DNA of 64,000 bases, from assembly GCF_001194135.2 (NCBI RefSeq), contig NC_068987.1, positions 44,250,061 to 44,314,060 on the forward strand, read 5' to 3'. This document shows positions 63,210 through 64,000 of this stretch, one piece after another; position 1 is the first letter of the stretch; every line of letters begins with the position of its first letter. The position numbers were made by a program, and so were the translations under genes. Source of the DNA: Octopus bimaculoides (taxonomy: Eukaryota). The notes beneath the pieces are model-generated. The model did no database searches. It had not been told where the DNA came from and saw only the letters and a list, made by a program, of their open reading frames with translations.

Positions 63210-64000
63210 CAGTGAGAGAAGAAAGAAAGAGTGAGAAAGGCAGCCTGAAATTAATAGTTAATATCTAGGAAGTCGTTCAAGCAATCTATGAACATATTCA
63301 ATACATACAAATATATATGATTTGAAATGTTTTAACATTGTATATATGTATGTTTTTTTGATTGATATCAATANNNNNNNNNNNNNNNNNNNNNNNNNNN
63401 NNNNNNNNNNNNNNNNNNNNNNNNNNNNNNNNNNNNNNNNNNNNNNNNNNNNNNNNNNNNNNNNNNNNNNNNNNNNNNNNNNNNNNNNNNNNNNNNNNNN
63501 NNNNNNNNNNNNNNNNNNNNNNNNNNNNNNNNNNNNNNNNNNNNNNNNNNNNNNNNNNNNNNNNNNNNNNNNNNNNNNNNNNNNNNNNNNNNNNNNNNNN
63601 NNNNNNNNNNNNNNNNNNNNNNNNNNNNNNNNNNNNNNNNNNNNNNNNNNNNNNNNNNNNNNNNNNNNNNNNNNNNNNNNNNNNNNNNNNNNNNNNNNNN
63701 NNNNNNNNNNNNNNNNNNNNNNNNNNNNNNNNNNNNNNNNNNNNNNNNNNNNNNNNNNNNNNNNNNNNNNNNNNNNNNNNNNNNNNNNNNNNNNNNNNNN
63801 NNNNNNNNNNNNNNNNNNNNNNNNNNNNNNNNNNNNNNNNNNNNNNNNNNNNNNNNNNNNNNNNNNNNNNNNNATATATATATATGATTACAGTATGTTC
63901 ATAGTATTTGATCGGATTGTTTGTCCTTCCAGAGATTCTTGGGAGCCAAATGGTAACCGAAAAGTTGCAATTAAGCTTTTTATTGTGTTACTATTTTTTT

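Overview
This is AT-rich, microsatellite-dense animal genomic DNA with 12 N-gaps (about 4.8 kb). It is almost entirely a graveyard of decayed transposable elements. The repeat families and microsatellite load suggest an octopus genome; this is inference from remembered repeat sequences and needs a BLAST check. I found no recognisable host protein-coding gene, intact TE ORF, rRNA, functional tRNA or CRISPR array. Recognisable content: about 10 R4/Dong-type (RLE) LINE fragments, 9 of them on the + strand and several chained through (AAT)n tails; one RTE/BovB-like and one CR1/Jockey-group LINE fragment; fragments of several Penelope-like element (PLE) lineages; four Gypsy LTR relics; three mariner relics; hAT-like transposase relics; a Helitron Pif1 helicase fragment; at least four tRNA-derived SINE families; and two fold-back elements. 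The most interesting signals are a minimal hammerhead ribozyme in an inverted PLE repeat (40338-40378), an HDV-like fold candidate in the 5' leader of an R4 element (15973-16130), opposite-strand use of (AAT)n arrays by R4 LINEs and one SINE family, and two nested insertions (Gypsy in mariner, mariner in hAT). I see no convincing wholly new biological system. Element boundaries are read by eye and are approximate.
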